A DNA stretch of 64,000 nt from an uncultured bacterium (GCA_963749495.1 CAVVMW010000021.1:352001-416000); one strand, 5' to 3'; positions 10,570 through 21,187 are shown, counted from the first letter of the stretch. Notes: generated by a model from the letters alone, not told the origin. Numbers and translations: made by a program.

Positions 10570-10654
10570 GGGTTATTGAATCCGACGCGTCTGACGCGTC
10601 TGACAGGTCCGACTCATCTCAGATGTCAGATTCAGGATTTTCAAAGAGACCCAG

Positions 10655-11732
10655 CTAATAAACCCCCTCTACGATCGTCTTCTCCATGGCGCCAAACGGA
10701 CGGAACGTCGCCCACGCCGTCCCAGGCATAGGGAGGGCGGGGTCTGCGGCGGATGGCCTCGTCCCGTTCCAGGAAGCGCGGGAGAAACAGTTCCTTGGTG
10801 AGCGTGGTCAACTCGACACGGCCCCACTGGCCGTAGTCGGCCAGCAAATCGGTTTGGGCCGGGTTGACGACCCGCAGGACGGCGCGGGGTTGCGGGGCGT
10901 AATAGGTGAGCGAGAAGTTGTCCTCGGGCCGGAGTGGGACGCTGGCCGCCAGACCCATGAGCGTGTTGCCATAGGTCGGATAAAAGCCGATGCCCTCGCC
11001 GAGGACCTCCTCGATGAGGAACCGGACGTGCTGAGGCGTCATGCTTGTGCCGCCGCAGAAGACGCCGCGGATGCCGGCCTGGCGCAGGTCCAATTGTTCG
11101 CCGATGGCCTCGAGCAATTTGGGCGTGGTGAAGAGGCCGGCGATCTTGCGGTGCTTGAGGAGCACGACGGCCTGGGCGACGACGTGGTCCATGTAGGCGC
11201 GGGCCTGGTCGGGCTGTTTTTGGGCGATGAGCTTTTTGACCCAGCGCGGGTCCAGGTCCAGGAAGTAGCAGGGGCTGCCGCGGAAGTTGGCCAAGTGCTC
11301 GATGGCCAGGCGGAGGCGGCGCGGGCCAGTGGGGCCGGCCATCAACCAGGCGGCGCCGCGCGGGAAGTGCTCGTCGGAGAGCTTCCCTGAAAAGTCTTCG
11401 TAATCGATCTTGTAATCGTCCCAGCCGATGCGCTGTTTGGGCAGGCCGGTGGTGCCGCCGGTTTCGAAGATGTGGTAGGGACGGTCCTTGAATCCGGCAG
11501 GGACCCAGGATTGCGGCGGGAGATCGCGCAGCCATTCTTCCTTGAAATGGGGGAACCGGGCAAGGAGATCGGGGAAGGTCTTGACCTGCGCCCGCGGGTC
11601 CAAGCCGGCCTGGGCTGCCCAGTCCAGCCAGAAGGGGCAGCCGGTCTCGGGGGAGAAATGCCAGCGGATGATCTCGCGCAGGTGCCAGTCGAGCGCCTCC
11701 TGGGCCGCTTCCCCGGTGATGGGTGGGTGCAT
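10655..11732 (-). CDS. GriC/EhpF-like AMP-binding (aryl-carboxylate reductase) component; frameshift near 10703 hides C-terminus RPFGAMEKTIVEGVY*
   Basis: WHFSPETGCPFW, ETGGTTGLPK, LDLDPRWVKK, TTPKLLE, YGNTLMG, ERDEA; alternate frame ends EGVY-TAG at 10655. Confidence 0.7.
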
Positions 11733-11740
11733 ACTTGGAT

Positions 11741-13360
11741 TCAGGCCGCGCCGGCGGGCTGGTTGAGCGCCGCCATCGAGCTTCGGTCCACTTCGCTCTC
11801 GGTTCTTGGAAAGTACTTTTCGAGGGTCGCGCGGCTGGGGGGCCGGGTGAGGAGCGAGCCAAGGACCGTGCAGAGAGCGGAGCCCAGGACCATCGGGACG
11901 ACGGTCATGTATCCGTTCCAACAACTGACATCGCCGCGCGCGTTGATGAAGAGGAGCTTGAGGGCGGTCGTGCCTTGGCCGATTTGCCAAATCACGTCGC
12001 CCGGGTGACGGAAGTTTTGGAGCAGGGCAAAATAGATAAGGCAGGCGGCGGTGAAGAGCGTGGCGGCCAGGGCGCCCCACTTGGTGCTGCGCTTCCAGAA
12101 TAAGGCGGCGATCATGATCGGCGCCATCGCGGCAAAGCCCGAGAAGGCATAACGGATGGCGATTTCAAAGATGCCCTGCTTGGCCTTGAGGCCCAGCGCA
12201 ACCAGGTAGGCCACGACGGTGATGAGGAGGATGAAAGCGCGGGCGAAATGGACGGCGGCCCGTTCGCCGTATTTTTCGCGGCCCCCGTAGTGCTGGTAGA
12301 TGTCCTTGGTGAACATTGTGCTGAGGGCCAGGACCTGGTGGGCGTCCGAGCCCATGACCGCCGAGATGATGCCGGCGCCGAGCAACCCAGCCAGCCACGC
12401 GGGGGCGTATTTGTCGAGCATCAGCAGCAGGATGCCGTCGGGGTCGGAAACCTTGCCCAGGGCAGCCATGCCCAGGACGCCGAGCAGGACGCAGGGCAGC
12501 CAGATCAGGAGGATTGCCAGCGGATACAAGACCACCGTGCGCTTGAAGGCGGTCACTTTGCGGGCGGAGAAGCACATGATGGCCATGTGGGGAAACATGA
12601 TGCTGGAGAGGGGGATGAGGGTGTAGCTCCAGAAGACTTGAGGCGGCATCTTCTCGCGCGTGACCAGGAAACTGGTCTTAGGATCGCCGGCCAGCTTGGC
12701 GATGTACTGGCCGAACCCGCCGGGCAGGGCCTGGTAGAGGGTCAGCAGGGCAGCCGCGCCGAAACCCAGAAAGAGAGTGGTCTGGAGGATATTCACCCAG
12801 ACCGTCCCGCGCATGCCCCCCAGGAACACCCCCATCGTGACGGCCACGGCCACAATCGCGCAGCCCAGCCAGTAAGGGATGTGCGCCCCGCCCGCCCCGC
12901 CCCCGGCCGAGATCTGCGCCAGGACCGTCCCGCCTCCCATGATGCTGATGATCATGTAAGGCACCAGCATCAGGGCGCTCAAGGTGAAGATGATCGTCCC
13001 GATCCCATCGCACTCCCACCGGTCCCGAAAAAAGGCCACCTGCGTCTGGTGCCCGAATCTCTTGCCCAAGGCCCAAAGCCGCGTGCCGATGAGGAAAATC
13101 GTCAGCGGGATGACCAGGCCCGACGACGACGCCATCAGGCCATAGATGCCGATCCCCTGGCGATAGGCCTGGCCCGAGCTGCCCAGTATGGCGAAGGCGG
13201 TCATGTTCGTCGCGAATAGCGAGAGGAAAAACACCATCTCGCCCACCGAACGATTGGCCAGGAAGAAGTCCTCGGTGTTGGTCTTGCCGCGGCGGAAGGC
13301 GATGCCGCCGACAAATGCAATGATGGCCAGATAGCAGAGAACGACGAGGAGGGGAGTCAT
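11741..13360 (-). CDS. Sodium:solute symporter (SSS family)
   Basis: About 13 hydrophobic segments; EDFFLANRS, ATNMTAFAILG, GGMRG..W, AGIISAVMGS, ALFWKRSTKWGA. Confidence 0.9.
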   Translation of the reverse strand: MTPLLVVLCYLAIIAFVGGIAFRRGKTNTEDFFLANRSVGEMVFFLSLFATNMTAFAILGSSGQAYRQGIGIYGLMASSSGLVIPLTIFLIGTRLWALGKRFGHQTQVAFFRDRWECDGIGTIIFTLSALMLVPYMIISIMGGGTVLAQISAGGGAGGAHIPYWLGCAIVAVAVTMGVFLGGMRGTVWVNILQTTLFLGFGAAALLTLYQALPGGFGQYIAKLAGDPKTSFLVTREKMPPQVFWSYTLIPLSSIMFPHMAIMCFSARKVTAFKRTVVLYPLAILLIWLPCVLLGVLGMAALGKVSDPDGILLLMLDKYAPAWLAGLLGAGIISAVMGSDAHQVLALSTMFTKDIYQHYGGREKYGERAAVHFARAFILLITVVAYLVALGLKAKQGIFEIAIRYAFSGFAAMAPIMIAALFWKRSTKWGALAATLFTAACLIYFALLQNFRHPGDVIWQIGQGTTALKLLFINARGDVSCWNGYMTVVPMVLGSALCTVLGSLLTRPPSRATLEKYFPRTESEVDRSSMAALNQPAGAA

Positions 13361-13500
13361 TTAACGTGATTGAGGGAGGAAGTGAGACCGCGGTTCAAAA
13401 GTACCCCACGTGAGGGGCGAGGAACGAGGGACGAGTGTAGCGAACCTCGAAGATGTTGACATCGTGCATGGGAACCACGAACCGGACGCGCCTCGCTTGC

Positions 13501-13586
13501 CGCGAAGCGTTTTGGACTGCGGCAGTCCTCTGCCGCTTTGTCCCTCCCATGGGCTGAAAAAGCGCCAGAGGACTGGCGCAGTCCAA
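13501..13586. repeat. REP-like palindrome family B (TTTTGGACTGCGGCAGTCCTCTGCCGCTT / AAGCGCCAGAGGACTGGCGCAGTCCAA)
   Basis: Inverted pair; second copy with arms in opposite order at 18145-18247. Confidence 0.8.
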
Positions 13587-13671
13587 CACCTCCGGGCTTG
13601 GCGCGGGTACATGGAACGAGCATCGGGCCGCCTCCCTCGACACTCGACATTCGACACTCGGCGCGCATGGT

Positions 13672-13908
13672 TCAGTGTGGTTGCACTTCCCGGCCTTGGA
13701 CCCCCTCGAGGTGCTTTGGCCAGGCCAGCTTGACCAGGAGGAACATGGTGAAGGCGGCGAGGATCGAATAGGCCGCGTGGTAGGCGAGACCGACAGGCAG
13801 GAAACCGAAGATGAGCGGCGTGGCGCACTTCCAGTTCCAGAAGTCCTGGTGGAGCAAGTAAACCGCGATGACCAGCACGGTGAGAAGAACGGGTCTTAGG
13901 AATTTCAT
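13672..13908 (-). CDS. DUF3311 small membrane protein (SSS partner)
   Basis: 78 aa, two TM helices, LHQDFWNW..PLIFGFLPVGLAYH; upstream of the SSS gene. Confidence 0.8.
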   Translation of the reverse strand: MKFLRPVLLTVLVIAVYLLHQDFWNWKCATPLIFGFLPVGLAYHAAYSILAAFTMFLLVKLAWPKHLEGVQGREVQPH

Positions 13909-13939
13909 CGTGACATTTCTATTTTATTACCCATCTCCT

Positions 13940-15682
13940 CTATTGCACATTTGTGTGCTGTCCGGCCGCAGCGATTCTTGGCTGGCCCGCTGCGAAGGCA
14001 AACAGGTGGGTGTTGGAAGAGACGTAGAGGACACCGTTGGCGACGACGGGGGTGGAATAGACCGGGGCGCCCAGGTTGGTCAGGCTCAGGAGCTTTTTCT
14101 CCTTGCTGGCCGCGAACACGGCCAGGTCGCCGTCTTCATCGCCGATATAGACCTTGCCGTCGGCCACCAGAGTTGAGCCCCAGATGTGGGCCTTGAGGTC
14201 GTGGGTCCAGTAGGGTTTGCCCGTCTGCGCGTCCAGGCAATGCAGGTAGCCGGAGAAGTCGCCGACAAAGAGCAGTCCTTCGGGCGTGATGGAGACCGTC
14301 GAGAGGCTGCGGGCGATCTTGTCGTAGGACCAGACCTTGGCCGTTTGGGTGACATCCCCGGTCTGCGTGGCATCGATGCAGGTGAGGATGCCGACGCCCT
14401 CCCCGTGCTCGGGGTCCTGGCCCACGGCCGTATAGACCCGGTCCTTCCAGAAGACGGGCGTCGCGTTGATTTCGCTGGGGCCTTTGGCGTCCGGGTACTT
14501 GTACTTCTTGCGTTCGGGTGGATTGCAATCGAACCACCAGACCTTCTTGAGGAAACTGCTGTCGCCCTCCTTGACAGGCATCGGGTCAAAGGCGTAGCAG
14601 ACGCCGTTGCCGCCGCCGTAGAAGATGAGTTGGCGCCCCTTGACGTTGCCGGTCGAAGGAGAACTCCAGAGGCCATGGAAGATGCGCGGGCCGATGTGGG
14701 CGTCGTCCTCGCCCGCGAATTGGCCGGTGTGCTTGTTCAGAGCAATGAGGCTGGGAGCGTTGGGCGAAGGGATGTTCGAGTGGGTCCAGTCCTGGCCGTT
14801 GGAGGTGTTGACGTAGAGCAAGTCGCCGACGATGAGCGGGGCGCCATCCGAGGCATTGTGGGGGAACACGCCCAGTTCATCGATCATGTCGTAGCGCCAG
14901 ATGATGTCCGCGTCCTTGGGTCCGGGTTCAATGGGCGGGGCAGGGCGCTCGGTGGGCTTACCCTTGTCGAGAATGACATCTTTGACGACGTACTTGGCTT
15001 CGTCCAGGAACGGGCCGTCGTTGCCGTTGGCCATGCCCAGCACGTCCAGGCAAAGGACCTCGCAACGGCTCGTGACCAAATAGACGCGCTCGCCCTCGAT
15101 CGTCGGCGAGGAGAGCAGACCCAGAGACTCCCAGTCGTTGACCTTGCCGGAGGCGAGTTTGGGCACGACCAGTTGCCAGAGGAACTCGCCGGTCTTCTCA
15201 TCGAAACACATCAGGATGCTGCGGTCGCCCGGGTGCCGCGCGTCGCGCGGGTTTTCGTTGTTGGTGCCGATGAACACCCGGCCATGGGCCACGGTCACGT
15301 TGCCATAGCTCTGTGAGCCGATCTTCACAGCCCACCGCAGATTCTCCAGGTTCCCAGGGTCCACCTCCTCGGTGCCGGTCTTGAACTTGATTTCGCTCGG
15401 GTGTCCCCGGGTGAAATGGTCAGGCAGACCCGTGACGGAGGCGACCATGTTGCGCGCGGGCGTTCCGCCCCATTGGGGCCAGTCCTGGGCGGACGCGGTC
15501 AGGACGGCCAGGAGCGCGAGGGCAGCCGGTGCGAGTCGCCTACCGACGCCGTGAAGGACACGTCGCGTAGCGACGCCGTGAAGGTAGCCGTGGACTTCGA
15601 GTCCACGGTCCACGGCGTTGGAAACGTCCTGCGTCGCGTAGCGACGCCTGAGTTGGGTCAATTCAGAACGTGACATTTTCAT
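13940..15682 (-). CDS. Secreted PQQ-like (BamB-like) beta-propeller protein
   Basis: AQDWPQWGGTPARN, repeated ..CxDxxTG..W blades, SSPT/STPV motifs; ATG overlaps upstream TGA. Confidence 0.8.
   Translation of the reverse strand: MKMSRSELTQLRRRYATQDVSNAVDRGLEVHGYLHGVATRRVLHGVGRRLAPAALALLAVLTASAQDWPQWGGTPARNMVASVTGLPDHFTRGHPSEIKFKTGTEEVDPGNLENLRWAVKIGSQSYGNVTVAHGRVFIGTNNENPRDARHPGDRSILMCFDEKTGEFLWQLVVPKLASGKVNDWESLGLLSSPTIEGERVYLVTSRCEVLCLDVLGMANGNDGPFLDEAKYVVKDVILDKGKPTERPAPPIEPGPKDADIIWRYDMIDELGVFPHNASDGAPLIVGDLLYVNTSNGQDWTHSNIPSPNAPSLIALNKHTGQFAGEDDAHIGPRIFHGLWSSPSTGNVKGRQLIFYGGGNGVCYAFDPMPVKEGDSSFLKKVWWFDCNPPERKKYKYPDAKGPSEINATPVFWKDRVYTAVGQDPEHGEGVGILTCIDATQTGDVTQTAKVWSYDKIARSLSTVSITPEGLLFVGDFSGYLHCLDAQTGKPYWTHDLKAHIWGSTLVADGKVYIGDEDGDLAVFAASKEKKLLSLTNLGAPVYSTPVVANGVLYVSSNTHLFAFAAGQPRIAAAGQHTNVQ
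15544..15651. repeat. REP-like family C (CGTCGCGTAGCGACG...GTAGCCGTGGACTT..GTCCACGG), read in-frame in the propeller N-terminus
   Basis: Homologous to the cluster at 49511-49790 and a partial copy at 7508-7549. Confidence 0.8.
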
Positions 15683-18269
15683 CACAGGCCCGCTCGGCGG
15701 TTCAACGGCATTGGCAATTCCTCTCCATTTGGGATGACCTCCACATTATCGACATAGACTCGCATGTCCTGGGGCGAGAAAGCGAAGAGGCCCGGCGAGC
15801 CGGCCTGGTGGCCGGTCTGGTGCGGCACCTCGATGGTCCAGCCGGAGGGTTCGGGCTGGTTGCGTTTCCAGGCCTTGGCACGCACCCAGGCAACGCCGCC
15901 CGCATCGCGGTCCACTCGGGCCTTGAGGCGGTACCAGGTGTTGGGCGACCACTTGAAATCCTGGGCCACGCGGAGGCGCTCCTGGTTCGAGTTGATTTCA
16001 AGCTTCTGTTCGTTGCCTTTGAGGACGATCAGGTAATGCTCGTTGATGATGCCGACCTCCGACATCTTGCGCCGGTTGCCTTCGCTCATGACGTCGGCCT
16101 GGATCGTGTATTGATTCATATCGGGCGTGCCGATGAAGACCATGGCGCGCTGGAAGAAGCGGTTGTCTGTGGTCTTGGCCAGGACCTTGTTGCCGTCCAG
16201 TTCCCGCACGTCGAATTTGAACCGCGCGCCGATCCAGGGCAGCGGCGGGTAAGCGAACGGTGTGCCCTGGGCGTTGGTCTCCGAGAGTGTGAATGACTCG
16301 AAGTCCTGGCGGGTCGGGAGGTTGGGCATGATGCGGCCGCGCATGTAGCCTTTGAGAGCGCCAACGCTTGCCTCGAAAGCGCCGGCGGAGGGGACCGGGT
16401 CGGGGGTGGCGACCAACTCGGCCTGGTCGTCGAAGGCGGCCTTGAGGGCGGCCTTGACCTTGGCGGTCGAGGGGATGTAGCCGGCCCATTTGACCTGGCT
16501 GGCGGGGACCGACTCTTGAACGGTAAACCCGTTTGCGTCGAGCAGGCGGACGCGGAAGGCGGCCCGCTCGCGGGGATGGAGGAGCACCTCGGAAGGGACG
16601 ACCCCCACCTGTGTGGCGGGGCCCGGCGCGGGCCAGGCTTCCTCTGCGGCGGGGGCGGGGCAGCCCGGGTTCTCTCCGCGCTCGCCCCAGCAATAGAGAT
16701 GCCTTGTGGTCTGGAGATAGAGCCTGCCGTTGTAGGCAACCGGCGTGCCAAAACAACGGCCGTCGAGCACCGCATGGCAGACAACCTGGCCTTCATGTTC
16801 GCCGGGCTTGATGATGTAAAACGCGCCGGCTGTGCCCGCCTCGGCCTCGCCCGTCGCCTTGTTCTCCTGGTCGTCCAGGATCGGCACGTAGAGCTTGCCA
16901 TCGGCATACAACGGGCAGGAATTGCGTTGCTCGATGCCCAGCTTGAGCTTCCATCGCACGGCCCCGCTCGTGGCGTTGACGGCCCAGAGATCGCCCTTCT
17001 CGGCCACCAGGTAAATCGTGTCGCCCACCAGGATCGGCGAAGCGGCGGAGGAGGAGGCCTCGACGGCCCAGAGCTGGAGCTGCGCGCGTTCGAAAACCGC
17101 CGGACCCGGGGCCGCGCTCGGAGGCAGCGTCTGCGGCAGCTTGAGCGCGACCATCTGGCCCAGCTCATAGGGTGTGCCGTAAATGGCGATGACCTTGTCG
17201 TCATTATGGACCAGGACGGTGGCGTTGATGCCGGCGCGGAAAAGGCTCACGCGCCACAGCGGTTCGCCAGTGCGGGCATTGACGCAGGCAACGCTGCCGT
17301 CACCCAGGGCCGCATAGAAGACGCGCTTGCCCTGATACCAGCCGAACTGGGGATGAGAGAACGAATTGTCCTTGGGAGGGCCCCAGGGCTGGAGGCCCAA
17401 ACCAGGCCGCCGGTCCGCTTGTCGAAGGCGTAAAAGCGGTCGGCAGCCGGTCCCTGCGTGCCCCAATTGGCCGTGATACCCCGCGTGATGACCAGGTCGC
17501 CGTTGATCGCCGGCGTGGCCGTGCGGCCGTTGGGGAAGGTAAGCCGGCCGAATTCCTCCATAAGCGAGTGCTGCCAGAGCCGGTTGCCGTCCGGGGTGAA
17601 CCCCGCGAGAATTCCCTGCGTGCCCTGCATGTACACGGCGCCGGTCTCGGGGTCGATCACCGGGCTGCCCGTTGCATACCGTAGGTAGATCGTATCGCTC
17701 AGGTAATCATTGTAGAGTTGCTCCCAAAGCTTCTGCCCGGTCTCGGCATCGAAACAGGTCACCCCCTCCCGCAGGTCGCGTCCCTGGCCCGAGTAACCCA
17801 TGGCGTAGAGCCTGCCGTTGGCCAGCACCGGCGCAGACTGGCCCGGGTAGTCCGCCACCCACAGCGGCTCCTGGGCCGAGACCTTGTCGGGCAACCCCGT
17901 CTCACGAGAAACGCCCGTCTGTTCCGGGCCGCGCCAGCTCAACCAGCCGCGCAAGGCCTGGCCGCCCGCCGCGGGAAAAGCGCAGACCAGCACGGCGGCC
18001 AGGACGCCGGAGGCCAGAGGGCGGAGGGCGGAGGGCGGAGGGCAGAGGGCGGAGGACGGAGGACGGAAGGCGGAGGACGGAGCGAGCGGAGCGGGGGAAT
18101 GGCCCTTACCATAGAACTCCCGTGGCGAGGCGGCGTTCTTGCGGAAAAGCGCCAGAGGCCTGGCGCACTCCAAGACGCTGGCGCGACTTCGGCTGCGCGT
18201 CCCCATTTCGCGAAGCGTTTTGGACTGCGGCAGTCCTCTGCCGCTTTCGCCTGGGAACTGCCTTTTCAT
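15682..18269 (-). CDS. Secreted PQQ-like beta-propeller protein with C-terminal lectin-like domain; apparent frameshift near 17375; start uncertain
   Basis: WLSWRGPEQTGVS, CFDAETG..LW, AFDKRTG.LVW in ORF 17247..18383, continued by ORF 15682..17466. Confidence 0.75.
18145..18247. repeat. REP-like family B, copy 2, with (CGGAGGG)n heptamers at 18012-18081
   Basis: Matches 13501-13586. Confidence 0.8.
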
Positions 18270-18361
18270 TCCGAACATAATTCCGTTGTGCATTCCACAT
18301 CCGAGAAAAAACCGAGCGAAGGAACTTCGATGATGTTTTGTGATTTTGCAAATGAAGATTG

Positions 18362-19711
18362 CTAATCGGTAATCCGCACCCACCGCTGGGCCTTCATCTC
18401 GAAGCGCGGCAACGAGTTCGCCGGGACCAGGCGGACAGGGATGCGGAGGCTCAGGGCGGATTGAAAGGAGTCTTCGAGACGGCTGGCGAGCGAGGGCACG
18501 AGAGAATCGGGGATGGCCTCGACTTCGAGCGAGAGTTGGGCCATGGCGCGGCGGCAGTCGAGTCGGACTCGGTATTCGGCCACTTCCGGGCAGGCGCGAA
18601 CGACCTCTTCGATGAGGGCCGGATAGACGTTGACGCCGCGGACGACGACCATGTCGTCGCTGCGGCCGAGGATGCCGCCTACGAGGGCCAGTTCATGGCG
18701 GCCGCAGGCGCAAGGGCACTGGGTGCCGGGCCTGACGAGGTCGCCGGTGCGGTAGCGCAGGAGCGGGGAGCCAACGCGGTCCAGGGTGGTCAGGACCAGT
18801 TCGCCGGTCTGGCCTGGAGGCGAGGCAAGGCCGGTGCCGGGAGCGATGACCTCGGGCAGGTAAGCCGATTCCAGGACGTGCAGCACCCCGGGCCGGGCCG
18901 GGCATTGAAAAGTGACCGGGCCGACCTCGGTCATGCCATGGTGATCGAAGACGGTGGCGCCCGGCCAGAGCCGCTCGATGCGGGCGCGAGTGGCGGGGAT
19001 GCTGCCGCCGGCCTCGCCCGCCACGATGACCAGGCGGAGGCGCGAGGCGGCCAGGTCGAGGTTCTTGTCGCGCGCGACCTCGCCCAGGTGCTGGGCATAG
19101 GTGGGCGTGCAGCAGAGCACGGTGATGCCGTTGTCCAGAATGGCTTGCAGGCGGGCCAGGCTGGTCATCGAGCCCCCCGGAAAACAGAAGCAACCGAGCT
19201 GGAGGACCGCCTCCAGCGCCGACCAGAATCCAAGGAACGGTCCGAACGAGAAGGCGAAGAAAAAGCGGTCCTGGCGCGTCACCCCGGCGGCGGCGAGGAT
19301 TTGGAGCCAGTTTTCGACCAGGTGCTGCCAGCTCTGGGCGGTATCGAGCCAGCGGATCGGGACGGTGGTCGTGCCGCTGGTCTGGTGGCAGCGCACGTAG
19401 GCCTCCAGGGGGAAGGTGAGATCGGTCCCGTAAGGCGGATGGGCCAGGCGGTCGCGAACAATCTCATGACGCGAGGTAAAGGGGACCAGGCGGGGATACT
19501 CTTCCAGGCAAATCGCGGGCAGGCGCAAGGCCGACGGAGCCAGCTTGCGGGCATAGAACGGGTTCGATGCCAGGATGGTCTGGAGCAGGCAACGGAGCTT
19601 GCCCAGTTGGCGGCCTTCGATTTCCCCGCGTGAGGGAAAGGCGCCGCGCCGCAGCGGGACGGCGCCAGCCGGCAAATCGGGCGGTTCGGCTGCGAGCGGA
19701 TATCCGATCAC
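18362..19711 (-). CDS. Phenylacetate-CoA ligase (PaaK)-like aryl-CoA ligase
   Basis: HQTSGTT, CCTPTY, AGEAG, DHHGMTEVG, LRYRTGD, GRSDDMVVVRGVNVYP, LPRFEMKA; GTG start overlaps upstream TGA (GTGA). Confidence 0.85.
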   Translation of the reverse strand: MIGYPLAAEPPDLPAGAVPLRRGAFPSRGEIEGRQLGKLRCLLQTILASNPFYARKLAPSALRLPAICLEEYPRLVPFTSRHEIVRDRLAHPPYGTDLTFPLEAYVRCHQTSGTTTVPIRWLDTAQSWQHLVENWLQILAAAGVTRQDRFFFAFSFGPFLGFWSALEAVLQLGCFCFPGGSMTSLARLQAILDNGITVLCCTPTYAQHLGEVARDKNLDLAASRLRLVIVAGEAGGSIPATRARIERLWPGATVFDHHGMTEVGPVTFQCPARPGVLHVLESAYLPEVIAPGTGLASPPGQTGELVLTTLDRVGSPLLRYRTGDLVRPGTQCPCACGRHELALVGGILGRSDDMVVVRGVNVYPALIEEVVRACPEVAEYRVRLDCRRAMAQLSLEVEAIPDSLVPSLASRLEDSFQSALSLRIPVRLVPANSLPRFEMKAQRWVRITD

Positions 19712-20304
19712 AGGGCCTCTCCTGCCGCGCCGCCATCGAAAGACCTGGCCGGGGCGGTGATGGCGGGCCTGGGGTGGGGGGCGCCGGGCACCGGTTTGTA
19801 GAGGGTGACCAGGCATCCGCCGGCGGCCGCCAGGAGCAAGCCCAGCACAAACGGCCACGGCAGCTTCTGCCAGCCTCCCGCCGGCGGGTGCAGTGCCAGC
19901 GAGTAGAGCGCATTCAAGACCGGCGCCCCGGCAAAGACTATGGACATCACCACGGCGGGCGTGCCCTTGGCGCCAAAGGCCAGCAGCACGCCGAACGCGC
20001 CCGCGGCCCCCACGATGCCCGCCAGCAGCGACCAGGCCATGCCGCCCGGGGCCAATTTCCAGTCGGCCCCGCGGAGTATCAGCGCGGCCAAAGGGGCAAG
20101 GATGGCCGTCAGAAAATAGGCCGCGCCAACGCACAGGAAGGCCTTGTAACGCCCGTTGACGGGGTCGTGCATTGCCGCCTGTCCCGAGTGCAGGAAGGCG
20201 CCGTAGAGGCCCCAGCAACAGACGGTGAGCAGCGAGAACAGGAGCCAGGCCGGGTTTTGCGGATCCGAGGCTGAGGTCGTGCGGACCAGGTTGATGTCAT
20301 TCAT
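19708..20304 (-). CDS. DMT/EamA-like 5-TM membrane protein
   Basis: WGLYG, GIVGAAGAFG, VMSIVFAGAPVLNA; five hydrophobic segments. Confidence 0.65.
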   Translation of the reverse strand: MNDINLVRTTSASDPQNPAWLLFSLLTVCCWGLYGAFLHSGQAAMHDPVNGRYKAFLCVGAAYFLTAILAPLAALILRGADWKLAPGGMAWSLLAGIVGAAGAFGVLLAFGAKGTPAVVMSIVFAGAPVLNALYSLALHPPAGGWQKLPWPFVLGLLLAAAGGCLVTLYKPVPGAPHPRPAITAPARSFDGGAAGEAL

Positions 20305-20884
20305 AAGATGAGCGGCTTTGGAGGATTGAGTGATAATGAGAATGGGCGCGGTTTGGCCGGGTGCCGTGGCCTGGAGCGGCCGCAGGGTCCGAACCCTCTT
20401 GCGGCGGGTGATTCCCCGGGCGCGAGCTGCCTGGCTGATGAAGGGCCAGCAACTCGGGCGGCGCCGGCTCGAGCAACTCGGCCAGGGCCGCCGGTAACCG
20501 GGCGGCCTTGAGCGTGCCGTCGGCATGGGGGGCGGCACACACGACGGTGAGGCGCCCCCGGGCAACCTCGAACCGGGCCGGGCCTTCCAGGCGGTAGAAG
20601 CGGAACTGGTAAGTCAGGCTGCGCGTCCCCTTCCTCTCGACCAGCAGGTGGACCAGGACCTCGTCTTCGAAGCGCAGCGGCGCCAGGTAATCGCAGTGGG
20701 CATGGACGCGCGGCAGGCAGAGGTCCAGGCCATTGCGGGAGAGCGCGACCGAGTAGCCCAGTGAGCGCAAAAACGCGCTCTCCGCAGCCTCCATGAAACG
20801 GAAGAAATTCGAGAAGTGCATCAGACCCGCCATGTCGGTGTCGCAAAACTCGACCCGCCGGGTGAGCTGGAATTCGTGCGGCAT
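20297..20884 (-). CDS. Acyl-CoA thioesterase (4-HBA-CoA/YbgC hotdog family)
   Basis: RRVEFCDTDMAGLMHFSNFFRFMEAAE, PRVHAHCDY.APLRFED. Confidence 0.85.
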   Translation of the reverse strand: MPHEFQLTRRVEFCDTDMAGLMHFSNFFRFMEAAESAFLRSLGYSVALSRNGLDLCLPRVHAHCDYLAPLRFEDEVLVHLLVERKGTRSLTYQFRFYRLEGPARFEVARGRLTVVCAAPHADGTLKAARLPAALAELLEPAPPELLALHQPGSSRPGNHPPQEGSDPAAAPGHGTRPNRAHSHYHSILQSRSSYE

Positions 20885-20961
20885 GGTCAACAAACCGTGG
20901 CTGGGTCGGGGCGGTGATGGATGGTTTGCAGCACGGAGCCGAGCCCCAGCGAAGGCGCGGG

Positions 20962-21187
20962 GCAACCCGAAGGGTTGCCAGATGGTAGCCGGGGGTCGCG
21001 GCGTCGCCGCGACCCCCGGTTTGCGGCCAGAAGTGGCATGCACCCCGGAACGGGGTGCCAGAAAGTTGCACACAAGGAGTAGGCGGCCTTCTGGCATCCC
21101 TCCGGGATGCCGACCCACACTGCCGCTGAACCGGGGGTCTCGCTGCGCTTCGACCCCCGGCTACCATCTGTCATCCCTTCGGGATGC
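20962..21187. repeat. REPIN-like palindrome family E (CCCGAAGGG..AGATGGTAGCCGGGGGTCG...CGACCCCCGGCTACCATCT..CCCTTCGGG)
   Basis: Nested inverted repeats in the intergenic gap. Confidence 0.8.

Noticed and set aside
13940..18269. Calling the propellers bamB or PQQ-dependent dehydrogenases
   Set aside because: No lipobox or bam context, and no recognisable dehydrogenase-specific motifs or pqq genes
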